Assembly (NCBI GenBank): GCA_017442305.1
Contig: JAFRZY010000001.1
Coordinates: forward strand, 2,632 to 66,631
Direction of reading: 5' to 3'
Length of the DNA stretch: 64,000 nucleotides
From: Bacilli bacterium
GTDB taxonomy: Bacteria; Bacillota_I; Bacilli_A; RF39; UBA660
The position numbers and the translations under genes were made by a program. The notes beneath the pieces are model-generated. The model saw nothing but the letters and a program-made list of their open reading frames with translations, made no database searches and was not told where the DNA came from. Shown piece by piece: positions 28,091 to 36,243 of the stretch. The first letter of the stretch is position 1; every line of letters begins with the position of its first letter.

Positions 28091-28984
28091 ATGGGATTCA
28101 TGAGTAAAATTAAAAACATCCTTTTTGAAGAGGAAGAAATCGAAGAACCAATAAAAAAAGAAGAAGTTATTGAAAAACCTGTAGTAAAAAAGGAAGTAAT
28201 GGAAAGAGAAGTTGTTGATACTACTGAATACGCTAAGCCTAAAGAAGAAAAAATGGCTCATCCAGTAGAAGAATTAAGTGATAGAGAATTATTTAAATCT
28301 GAATCAACTTTCAAATTTCCGGCTTTTGATGAAGAAGAGTTTGAACAAACTATGCCAAAGGTTCGTCCAACTAATGTTTTAGCATATGAAAAGAAGAAAG
28401 AAAAACCAAGAAGAGTAGAATATAATAGATATGATAGAACAGAAACTGTTCCAGTAGTAGAAAAGAAAAAGTTTAAACCTTCACCAATTATATCTCCGGT
28501 ATATGGTATCTTAGATAAAGATTATAAACCAGAAGATATTATGCCAAAAAGAAAGGATTCTGACATTGCTAGACCTAAAGTATTAGATGTTGATAGTGTT
28601 AGAAAAAAAGCTTTTGGTACATTGGAAGATGATATTGAAAAAACTTTAGCAGAACCAACGGTATCTTTCTATGAAGAACCAGAAGAAGTAAAATTAGCTA
28701 AAAAAGAAGAATCTTTAAAAAGAGAATTAGAAGAAAAAGTAAAAACTATTGATGAATTATTAGAAGATAGTGCAACTGATGAAATCCCTGTAAGTTTGGA
28801 AGCTACCAAAGAGATGAATATAGAAGAAATAGAAAATGAACTTGAAAATTATGAAGAAGAAGAAACATTAGCTATTTTAGATGGTATTGATGATGTAGAA
28901 CCTAATTTAGAAGAAGATACTTTGGAAAGTGATTTATTTGATTTAATAGATTCGATGTACGAGAGTAGAGAGGGAGAAGAATAA
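28091..28984 (+). CDS. Highly acidic E/K-rich protein
   Basis: 297 aa. Amphipathic N-terminus MGFMSKIKNILF, then low-complexity E/K/P-rich sequence. Confidence 0.5.
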   Translation: MGFMSKIKNILFEEEEIEEPIKKEEVIEKPVVKKEVMEREVVDTTEYAKPKEEKMAHPVEELSDRELFKSESTFKFPAFDEEEFEQTMPKVRPTNVLAYEKKKEKPRRVEYNRYDRTETVPVVEKKKFKPSPIISPVYGILDKDYKPEDIMPKRKDSDIARPKVLDVDSVRKKAFGTLEDDIEKTLAEPTVSFYEEPEEVKLAKKEESLKRELEEKVKTIDELLEDSATDEIPVSLEATKEMNIEEIENELENYEEEETLAILDGIDDVEPNLEEDTLESDLFDLIDSMYESREGEE

Positions 28985-28986
28985 AA

Positions 28987-29292
28987 ATGGAATTCTTATT
29001 AAGTTTTTTGCCGATAGTAATATATTTTCTACTTATTATAATTTTAATCATAGGTATAATTTTTGGATTAAAAGCTATAAAAACTATGGATAAAGTTGAT
29101 AAAATTGTAGATAATGTTAATGAGAAGATGGAATCATTAGATTCGATGTTTAATATAATTGATTTTATAACAGAGAAATTATCAACTATTTCTGATAAAG
29201 TAGTAGACTTTATTAGTAGTTGGGTTTCGAAATTATGGTTTCAAAGAAGCAAAAAAAATATTAAGGAGGAAGAAATAGAAGATTATGAGTAA
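28987..29292 (+). CDS. DUF948/YtxG-like membrane-anchored coiled-coil protein
   Basis: 101 aa. One N-terminal TM plus a helical domain. Sits directly upstream of the ytxH-like gene, as in the B. subtilis ytxG-ytxH pair. Confidence 0.5.
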   Translation: MEFLLSFLPIVIYFLLIIILIIGIIFGLKAIKTMDKVDKIVDNVNEKMESLDSMFNIIDFITEKLSTISDKVVDFISSWVSKLWFQRSKKNIKEEEIEDYE

Positions 29293-29737
29293 AAAGAGTG
29301 GTTTAGGAAGCCTTTTATTAGGTTTAGGTATTGGTGCTGGTCTAGGAATTTTATTTGCACCTAAAAGTGGAAAAGAAACTAGAGCTGAATTAAAAGAAAA
29401 AATAGATGATTTTGTTAATAAAGTAAAAAATATAGATATAGAAGAAGTTAAAGAATCATTAGAAGAAAAAATTGAAGATTTAAAAGCTGAATTAAAAGAT
29501 TTAGATAAAGAAAAAGTAGTTGCAGTAGTTAAAAAGAAAGCTAAGGCTATTTCTAAAAAGGCTGATGAATTAGTTAAATTAGCTATCGAAAAAGGCACTC
29601 CAGTAGTTGAAAAAGCTGCTAGAGAAGTTAAAGCCAAAACTGCAGCGGTTTTAAAAGCAGCAGTAGAAAAATTAGAAGAAACTGAAGAAACACCTAAAAA
29701 GGTTGTTAAAAAAACTACCAAAAAAGCTACTAATTAA
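29285..29737 (+). CDS. YtxH-family general stress protein
   Basis: LLLGLGIGAGLGILFAPKSGKETRAELKEK N-terminus followed by a K/E-rich helical region. Confidence 0.75.
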   Translation: MSKKSGLGSLLLGLGIGAGLGILFAPKSGKETRAELKEKIDDFVNKVKNIDIEEVKESLEEKIEDLKAELKDLDKEKVVAVVKKKAKAISKKADELVKLAIEKGTPVVEKAAREVKAKTAAVLKAAVEKLEETEETPKKVVKKTTKKATN

Positions 29738-29739
29738 AC

Positions 29740-29768
29740 TAGACAAAAACTTATGTTTTTATTATAAT
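29740..29768 (+). promoter_or_regulatory. SigA-type promoter of the tyrS leader
   Basis: TAGACA (29740..29745), 17-nt spacer, TATAAT (29763..29768). Confidence 0.45.
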
Positions 29769-29774
29769 AACATT

Positions 29775-29909
29775 ATTCAATGTTGAAGGAACTTACAACC
29801 CCGGAGTTGAAACGTTTTATCGCGTTAAGATTAAAGTGTATGATTAATTCATAAATTAAGGTGGTACCGCGGGTTTATACTCGTCCTTATCTTATTTATG
29901 AATTTTTTT
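29775..29909 (+). promoter_or_regulatory. Short T-box leader (Tyr)
   Basis: T-box core AAGGTGGTACCGCGG. UAC-A candidate specifier (cTTACAAcc). Helix TTCATAAAT...ATTTATGAA followed by a T7 run. Lacks the AGAGAG...GGTGNAA platform seen in the thrS and leuS leaders. Confidence 0.6.
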
Positions 29910-29926
29910 ATTTAGGAGGAATTATT

Positions 29927-31153
29927 ATGAATTTATATGAAGATTTAAAATGGCGTGGACTTATTCAAGATATCAGTAGTCCAGAATTAATTGACAAGTT
30001 AAATAATGGGTCTTTAACATTTTATATAGGTACTGATCCAACAGCTGATTCTATGCATATTGGACATTATTCATCATTTTTAATTTCAAAAAGATTAGCT
30101 CGTTTTGGACATAAACCTTTATTATTGGTTGGAGGGGCAACTGGTTTGATAGGAGATCCTAAACCGACTGCAGAAAGACCAATGATAACTAAAGAAGAAG
30201 TAGAAAAAAATATAGCAGGTTTAAAACGTCAAGCAGAAGAAATTTTTGGATTTGAAGTTGTTAATAACTATGATTGGACTAAAGATATTAATGTAATAGA
30301 TTTCTTAAGAGATTATGGTAAATTCTTTAATGTCAACTATATGCTTGCCAAAGATAAAGTAAAGAAAAGATTAGAAAGTGGTATAACTTATGCTGAATTT
30401 TCTTATATGATTTTACAAGCTTTGGATTTCCTATATTTATTCGAAAATAGAGATTGTGTTTTACAAGTAGCAGGTTCAGACCAATGGGGAAATATTACCT
30501 CAGGTATTGAACTTATAAAGAGAAAACTTGGAAAAGAAGCTTATGGAATGGTTATGCCTTTAGTAACTGATTCAACTGGTAAAAAGTTTGGTAAAACTGA
30601 AGGTAATGCTCTATGGCTTGATAAAAATAAAACTACTAGTTACGAGTTATATCAATATTTAATTAATTTAGAAGATTCAATGATTATTGATTATTTAAAG
30701 AAATTAACATTCTTAACAAAAGAAGAAATAGAAGATTTAGAACAAAAACACAATGCGGCACCTCATTTAAGAGAAGCTCATAAAGCTTTAGCTCGTGAAA
30801 TTATTACTGACTTACATGGGGAAGAAGAGTATGCAAAAGCTCTTATGATAAGTGAAGCGTTATTTACGGAAAAAATTAATGAGTTGACCGCTAATGATAT
30901 TTTAAACAACTTAAAAGATATTCCGAGTTTCAATATAAATTCTGATATTAATATTATAGATTTACTTGTTAATAACAATATTTGTAGTAGTAAAAGAGAA
31001 GCTCGTGAGATGGTATTAGGTAATGCAATTTCTATCAATAATAAAAAAATTACGGACTTAGAATATGTTATTAGTAAAGAACAAGCAATTGAAAAACAAG
31101 TATTACTAATTAAAAAAGGTAAAAAGAACTATTTCTTAGGTATTTATAACTAA
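29927..31153 (+). CDS. tyrS: Tyrosyl-tRNA synthetase
   Basis: Start trimmed to ATG 29927 (SD aggagg). HIGH (SMHIGHY), KFGKT, C-terminal S4 domain. Confidence 0.95.
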   Translation: MNLYEDLKWRGLIQDISSPELIDKLNNGSLTFYIGTDPTADSMHIGHYSSFLISKRLARFGHKPLLLVGGATGLIGDPKPTAERPMITKEEVEKNIAGLKRQAEEIFGFEVVNNYDWTKDINVIDFLRDYGKFFNVNYMLAKDKVKKRLESGITYAEFSYMILQALDFLYLFENRDCVLQVAGSDQWGNITSGIELIKRKLGKEAYGMVMPLVTDSTGKKFGKTEGNALWLDKNKTTSYELYQYLINLEDSMIIDYLKKLTFLTKEEIEDLEQKHNAAPHLREAHKALAREIITDLHGEEEYAKALMISEALFTEKINELTANDILNNLKDIPSFNINSDINIIDLLVNNNICSSKREAREMVLGNAISINNKKITDLEYVISKEQAIEKQVLLIKKGKKNYFLGIYN

Positions 31154-31199
31154 TTAAAAAATCTCCATTTCATAACATATAGTGAAAGGAGATTTTTTT

Positions 31200-31439
31200 A
31201 TGATTAATTATCCGGGAAATTCGCAATATATTAATTATGGTATGCCAAATAAAAATGCTGGAGATAGGCAGTTTTTATTTCCATTTTTATTAGGAGGCTT
31301 AGCAGGAGGTGCAGCTGTCGGTTTAACTAGACCTCGACCTATTTATAATGTTGCGCCTTATCCACAACCATATCCGCCATATTATCCAGGAAGACCATTT
31401 TATTATAATTCCTATGGTGGTTATATCCCTTATAGATAG
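31200..31439 (+). CDS. Small P/Y/G-rich protein
   Basis: Start trimmed to ATG 31200 (SD aaaggag). 79 aa with one hydrophobic segment and a PYPQPYPPYYPGRPFYY tail. Confidence 0.45.
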   Translation: MINYPGNSQYINYGMPNKNAGDRQFLFPFLLGGLAGGAAVGLTRPRPIYNVAPYPQPYPPYYPGRPFYYNSYGGYIPYR

Positions 31440-32560
31440 CAGAAAGATAAATCTTTCTGTTTTTTAAATTTTAAAATGATTCCTATAAACATAAAATAAA
31501 TTAAAATAGTAGTTCCGCCATAACTCAAAAATGGCAGGGGAATTCCTATAATAGGCATAAGACCAATATTCATTAAAATATTTTCAAATTGTTGGAAATA
31601 AAATATTGCTATAAAAGAAATAAAGAAATATTTATATGAATTATTAGTATTAAAGTAAGTTTTTAATAAAAAAATATCTATAATTAAATATGCTAATAAA
31701 ATTAGAAAAATTGTTATTAAACCAAAATTTTCTATGGTAAATGCAACAATAAAGTCAGTTGGAGCTTCGGGAATATAGATGCTTACTTTTCCTATTCCGC
31801 TTCCAAAAAAACTTGCCGAACCAATGGCTACAAGAGCGTTTTCAAGTTGCAAGCCAATTCCGTTAGTAAAAGAAAGTAGTCTTTCAACGCGATAGAAAAA
31901 ACTAGTTCCAATTAATTTTATTAAAACATCAGGATTATTAAAGTAATAATAGAAAAAAATTAATAAAAAGATCATTGTTATTAGTGATATTATAATAAAC
32001 CAGCGTTTACGAATTTTAGAAGTTAATAAAATACTACCTGCAATTAATAAATAAATTATAATGGCACCTGTATCGGGTTCTAAAAATACAAGTATTGAAG
32101 GAATAAATGTAATAAGTAAAACTTTAAGTATTAAAATAAATTCATCTTTTGTTTTTTCTATTTTTGTGTTAGCAACTATTTTGGTTAAATATAAAGCTAG
32201 AGAAAGTTTAGCAAGTTCGCTAGGTTGAAAAGAAAAATATTTTAAATTAAACCAAGCTTTAGCGCCGTTAATTTCTTCGCCAAATATAAGGACTAGAATT
32301 AATAAAATAATACTTCCTAAATAAAAAATAAAACTATATTTAAAAATGGATTTTAAATCAATTTTAGAAATTATAAACATAATTAAAAAACCTAATATGT
32401 ACCAAATTATTTGCTTTATTAAATGATTTTGGTAATTTAATGCTAAAACTTTTGCATTATACATATTAAGAAAGCTAATAAACATTATGAATATTAAGGG
32501 AATAAAAAAATATAGTAATTTATAGTCAAATTTCCTTTTCATATTTTTAGTATGTCTCAA
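31430..32560 (-). CDS. FtsW/RodA/SpoVE-family SEDS protein
   Basis: 376 aa polytopic protein. FQPSELAKLSLALYL and C-terminal GIPLPFLSYGGT motifs. Confidence 0.9.
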   Translation of the reverse strand: MRHTKNMKRKFDYKLLYFFIPLIFIMFISFLNMYNAKVLALNYQNHLIKQIIWYILGFLIMFIISKIDLKSIFKYSFIFYLGSIILLILVLIFGEEINGAKAWFNLKYFSFQPSELAKLSLALYLTKIVANTKIEKTKDEFILILKVLLITFIPSILVFLEPDTGAIIIYLLIAGSILLTSKIRKRWFIIISLITMIFLLIFFYYYFNNPDVLIKLIGTSFFYRVERLLSFTNGIGLQLENALVAIGSASFFGSGIGKVSIYIPEAPTDFIVAFTIENFGLITIFLILLAYLIIDIFLLKTYFNTNNSYKYFFISFIAIFYFQQFENILMNIGLMPIIGIPLPFLSYGGTTILIYFMFIGIILKFKKQKDLSFCYL

Positions 32561-32600
32561 ATTTCTTTGATTATCATAAAATGTAATAGAGGTGTTCTGT

Positions 32601-32906
32601 ATGAAAAAAGATTTGCCGGGAGTATTTGCAAATCCATTAAATAAAGATTTTAAAAATGTTCAAGAAATATACTACAGTAAAAATGATTTAACTTTAAGAA
32701 ACTCTTCAGTCAGCATTGATTCTATTTTAACTAAAATAAATAGAATATTTAATTCTAGTCATCATGTTTATAAAAGTAAAGTTAAAATAACTACTAATAA
32801 TGGTATATTAGTAAAAGAAATAGTAGGTAAGTCTAGTGGTAATTTATTAACTTTAGACGGGGAAGTAATAAAAATAATTGATATATTAGATATTGAAAAA
32901 ATGTAA
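32601..32906 (+). CDS. Hypothetical small protein
   Basis: Start trimmed to ATG 32601 (SD agaggtg). 101 aa. No family recognised. Confidence 0.45.
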   Translation: MKKDLPGVFANPLNKDFKNVQEIYYSKNDLTLRNSSVSIDSILTKINRIFNSSHHVYKSKVKITTNNGILVKEIVGKSSGNLLTLDGEVIKIIDILDIEKM

Positions 32907-32930
32907 TAAAAAAGAACTTTTTAGAAGTTC

Positions 32931-33248
32931 TTAAATTATGTCATCAATATATTTTTTTAATTGTTTGGCATTAGAACCAAAAACAATTTTTAGTTGATTG
33001 TCAATTTCAACTACGCCTTTAGCTCCTAATTTTTGAATAGCATCTTTATCAACTTTAGAAACATCATGTAAGATAACTTTAAATCTTGACATGTTACATT
33101 CAGCATTAATTATGTTTTCTTTTCCGCCTAAATAACCAATTAGTTTATTTGCTTCAATGTTAAAATCTCTTTTTGATAATTTAATAATGATTAAAGATAT
33201 TAGTACTAATACTGCGATTATAATAATATATTGAATTAATTGACTCAT
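32931..33248 (-). CDS. Membrane-anchored PTS EIIB-like domain protein
   Basis: Start trimmed to ATG 33248 (SD aggtga). N-terminal TM, then LGGKENIINAECNMSRFKVILHD..., which resembles the glucose-family EIIB fold (C-x-T-R-L-R position occupied by C-N-M-S-R-F). Confidence 0.55.
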   Translation of the reverse strand: MSQLIQYIIIIAVLVLISLIIIKLSKRDFNIEANKLIGYLGGKENIINAECNMSRFKVILHDVSKVDKDAIQKLGAKGVVEIDNQLKIVFGSNAKQLKKYIDDII

Positions 33249-33375
33249 TTTTATCACCTGATAAAATTATACTATAGATTTTAAAAAATTAAAACAAATT
33301 TGTTTATGATAATTAAGAACAAAATATAAAAAGAAACATAAATTATTAATGAGAATACATGAAAGGGTGAATGAT

Positions 33376-33822
33376 ATGTGTAATAATGAAAATAATACTT
33401 GCAAAAATTGTGTTAACGAAATATTAAGTGTTATTCTAGTATTACAAGAAAATGCTTGTCCAGAAAATTGTTTAGATACGTGTGATCGTCCAGTTTTAGG
33501 TGGAGGGCCAAATTGTCTAATTTGTAATACAAGACCAGTAATGCTTTATACTTGTTGTGCGAATGGTTCTCCTTGGAGTATGCCAACAACTAAAGACAGT
33601 ACTGTTACTTGTGCGGTAGGAACTGTGTCAGATACTTGTTCTACAGTATTTAGAGTTGAAAAAATCGAAGGCAATTGTGCAACATTTAGAGTACTGGCTG
33701 ATAATCCAGATACAACAAGTTTAAATCCTTATGTTGCAACTAATTCTTTCTTTACAATGGATACTGGTTGCTTATGTGCAATTAGATGTTTAACAGATAC
33801 TTTTGTAGACTGTGTTTGTTAA
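33376..33822 (+). CDS. CotZ/CotY/ExsY-family Cys-rich spore coat/crust protein
   Basis: Start trimmed to ATG 33376 (SD aaagggtga). TVFRVEKIEGNCATFRVL and GCLCAIRCL match the B. subtilis CotZ segments TVFFRVERVHGSCATLSLL and DCFCAINCL. Confidence 0.8.
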   Translation: MCNNENNTCKNCVNEILSVILVLQENACPENCLDTCDRPVLGGGPNCLICNTRPVMLYTCCANGSPWSMPTTKDSTVTCAVGTVSDTCSTVFRVEKIEGNCATFRVLADNPDTTSLNPYVATNSFFTMDTGCLCAIRCLTDTFVDCVC

Positions 33823-33850
33823 AAAAATACAAGATTTAATCTTGTATTTT

Positions 33851-34687
33851 TTATTTGTTATAAATACGATACAAATTGATTGAAGGTTTATTAAACACTC
33901 TTAATTTTAGGTTTTCTGTACCAATACCACTAGAAACATAATAGTCAGTATCATTTACTTTATAATAGCCATCAATATACTTTTCTGAACCTTCCTTTTT
34001 GATAATACCACCTAGGAATGGGACTTTTATTTGACCTCCTAAAGAGTGTCCAGCAAAAGCCATATCAACGCGATAGCTAGATAAATTATCAATATTATCA
34101 GATTCATGTATTAAAACTATACTAAATGATGGTTCAATATTTTCTTCCTTAAAGGAAATATCTAGTTCTTTAGAATCAGTAAGTCCAACAATTTTAATTG
34201 GTTCAGTTCCTTTATAATATAAAAGTTCATTACTATTGTTTAAAAGGATGAAGTCAGCATCTTCTAAAGTTGTTTTGTATTCATTATAATTTTTTAAATC
34301 AGCATCTCCACTAATGGCATATTTATATAATGCTGGTTTAATCTTTTTAAGTTCTTTAGTAATTTTTTTTAAATCCTCATTTGTTAGTTTTATATTGTTA
34401 TTAAATAAATCTCCTGTAAAGAACACCACATCTGGTTTTAATTCGTTTATTTTTTTTACTATTTTTTCTAAATCATTAAAATTTGTCGTTTGTCCAAAAT
34501 GGATGTCTGAAAAATGAATAATTTTTAAACCATGAAAGTTATTAGGTAACTTTTCATTTGTTATAGCGTATTCTTTTATATTTAAACCTTTGGTGTTAAT
34601 GTATCTTGCCCATACAAATAGTAGCGCAAATATAATTATTATTATAAAAATAATGGATTTGAATTTAAATTTTCTTTTTTCTTTCAT
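33851..34687 (-). CDS. Membrane-anchored metallophosphoesterase (YkuE-like)
   Basis: IHFSDIHFG, FTGDLF, GHSLGGQ calcineurin-like motifs. N-terminal TM. Confidence 0.8.
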   Translation of the reverse strand: MKEKRKFKFKSIIFIIIIIFALLFVWARYINTKGLNIKEYAITNEKLPNNFHGLKIIHFSDIHFGQTTNFNDLEKIVKKINELKPDVVFFTGDLFNNNIKLTNEDLKKITKELKKIKPALYKYAISGDADLKNYNEYKTTLEDADFILLNNSNELLYYKGTEPIKIVGLTDSKELDISFKEENIEPSFSIVLIHESDNIDNLSSYRVDMAFAGHSLGGQIKVPFLGGIIKKEGSEKYIDGYYKVNDTDYYVSSGIGTENLKLRVFNKPSINLYRIYNK

Positions 34688-34690
34688 AAG

Positions 34691-35374
34691 TTACCCCAAT
34701 AAAGCCATATAAGCAAGAATTACCGCCACTGTATTATGAATCATGTGAGTTGAAATAGAAGAAAAAATATTGTTTGTTTCATAGTAACTTTTAGCAAAGA
34801 AAAATCCTAAAGCACCATAAGGAATTACGTATAATAATTCAATTAACGATGTGCTCGATAAAAGGTGCATTGCTCCAAAAAATATTGCTGAGTAAATCAA
34901 ATAGGGCATTTTTTTATTAAAAGCTTTTCTCGGAGATAATCTAAAAATTATTTCTTCGGTTATAGGCGCTATAAAAACCATAGCAGTTATAGCATATAGA
35001 GGTGTAGAAACTAGTAAGCTTCTGTTCATTTCTTCATTATTTGCTATATTACCAGTTATAAAACTTATGATTACGTTACTTACAAGCATAACTATTAATC
35101 CGATGATCCAATTTTTTAAGGAAGTACTCATAATATTTTTAATGTTATTTTTGTATTCTTTGAAATCCACAATAATTCTTTTGCGATATATGAGAAAAAG
35201 AACAAATAAAACTATTAATTCTACTAATATTGCAATTAAGTTGCTAATCCAAAAATTAGAACTTTTAATAAGATTTTTAAAAGCGTTTGATAAGATTAAT
35301 ACTAATCCTAAATATAAAAGAAAAACTAATAAGCTTTTTCCGATTTCTTTAAAAAAATTTTTGATTTTTTCCAT
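34691..35374 (-). CDS. CPBP-family intramembrane glutamic endopeptidase
   Basis: Start trimmed to ATG 35374. Motifs EEIIFRL, FGAMHL, HMIHN in TM helices. Divergent from the first gene of the pilus/T4SS array. Confidence 0.75.
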   Translation of the reverse strand: MEKIKNFFKEIGKSLLVFLLYLGLVLILSNAFKNLIKSSNFWISNLIAILVELIVLFVLFLIYRKRIIVDFKEYKNNIKNIMSTSLKNWIIGLIVMLVSNVIISFITGNIANNEEMNRSLLVSTPLYAITAMVFIAPITEEIIFRLSPRKAFNKKMPYLIYSAIFFGAMHLLSSTSLIELLYVIPYGALGFFFAKSYYETNNIFSSISTHMIHNTVAVILAYMALLG

Positions 35375-35433
35375 ATGTTCACCATCCAGTATCTTAAATA
35401 TATCATAAAAGGGTATCCTAATCAATTTTTTAA

Positions 35434-35462
35434 TTGAAAGAGTAGACTTTTTATGTTAATAT
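35434..35462 (+). promoter_or_regulatory. Candidate SigA promoter of the 35.5-43.5 kb operon
   Basis: TTGAAA (35434..35439), 17-nt spacer, TAATAT (35457..35462). Confidence 0.35.
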
Positions 35463-35487
35463 TTTATATAGAGGTTGGTGTAATACT

Positions 35488-36243
35488 ATGAGGAAAATTT
35501 CGAGGATGTTATTAATAATTTTAGCAGTCATTTTTTTACAAATAAATGTTGTATCAGCAGCATCAAAATGTGATTACAATGAACAAGTTGAACTTAATAA
35601 TACTGCTGCTAACATTAAAGTTTCTTATGAAGAAGCAGTTGGTGTAGATAACAGTGATATCGGTCTTGAAAGTGATAGTGGAGAGATGCCAAATAATGAA
35701 TATTTATATTTTAAAGTACAAATATTCAATGTTACTGAAGAAGTATATGTTAAAGTAACAAATTCACAAAATAATGATGTTAAATATTTAAACTATAATG
35801 AAAGTCAAAGTGGCGTATTAACACTTGATTGGAAAGATTTAGATAATGTTGTAGATTTTACCATCACGGTATATACAAGTGCTTCTACAGGGTGTCCTAA
35901 TGAAGAATTAAGAATTATTAATTTAACGTTACCAAGATATAATTGGCTATCTGAAATAGCTAAATGTATCGGCAATGAAGAGTTCTATTATTGTCAAAAA
36001 TATATCTTAAGTAAAGATGATATTAGTGAAAATGAATTTGCGGTCAAATTAGAAGAATATTTAAATAAAAAAAATAAAGATGAAATTCAAAATGAAGAAG
36101 AACATTTAAGTTTTGGAGATAAAATTAATAATTTTATTAAAGAGAATAAAGTTACAATTATTGTAATTTCTACAATTGTCGTTGTTGGTGGGGTTGTTGC
36201 TAGTGTAATAGTGATTAAAAAACGAAGGAGTAGATTAATATGA
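35488..36243 (+). CDS. Secreted, C-terminally membrane-anchored protein
   Basis: 251 aa. Signal peptide ...VVSA/ASK. C-terminal TM plus KKRRSRLI tail without LPXTG. ATGA overlap with the next gene. Confidence 0.6.
   Translation: MRKISRMLLIILAVIFLQINVVSAASKCDYNEQVELNNTAANIKVSYEEAVGVDNSDIGLESDSGEMPNNEYLYFKVQIFNVTEEVYVKVTNSQNNDVKYLNYNESQSGVLTLDWKDLDNVVDFTITVYTSASTGCPNEELRIINLTLPRYNWLSEIAKCIGNEEFYYCQKYILSKDDISENEFAVKLEEYLNKKNKDEIQNEEEHLSFGDKINNFIKENKVTIIVISTIVVVGGVVASVIVIKKRRSRLI

Noticed and set aside
29233-29721. 162-aa minus-strand ORF antisense to the ytxH-like gene.
   Set aside because: It is a low-complexity mirror of the K/E/A-rich sense gene, has no SD, and the sense strand has the recognisable YtxH motif.
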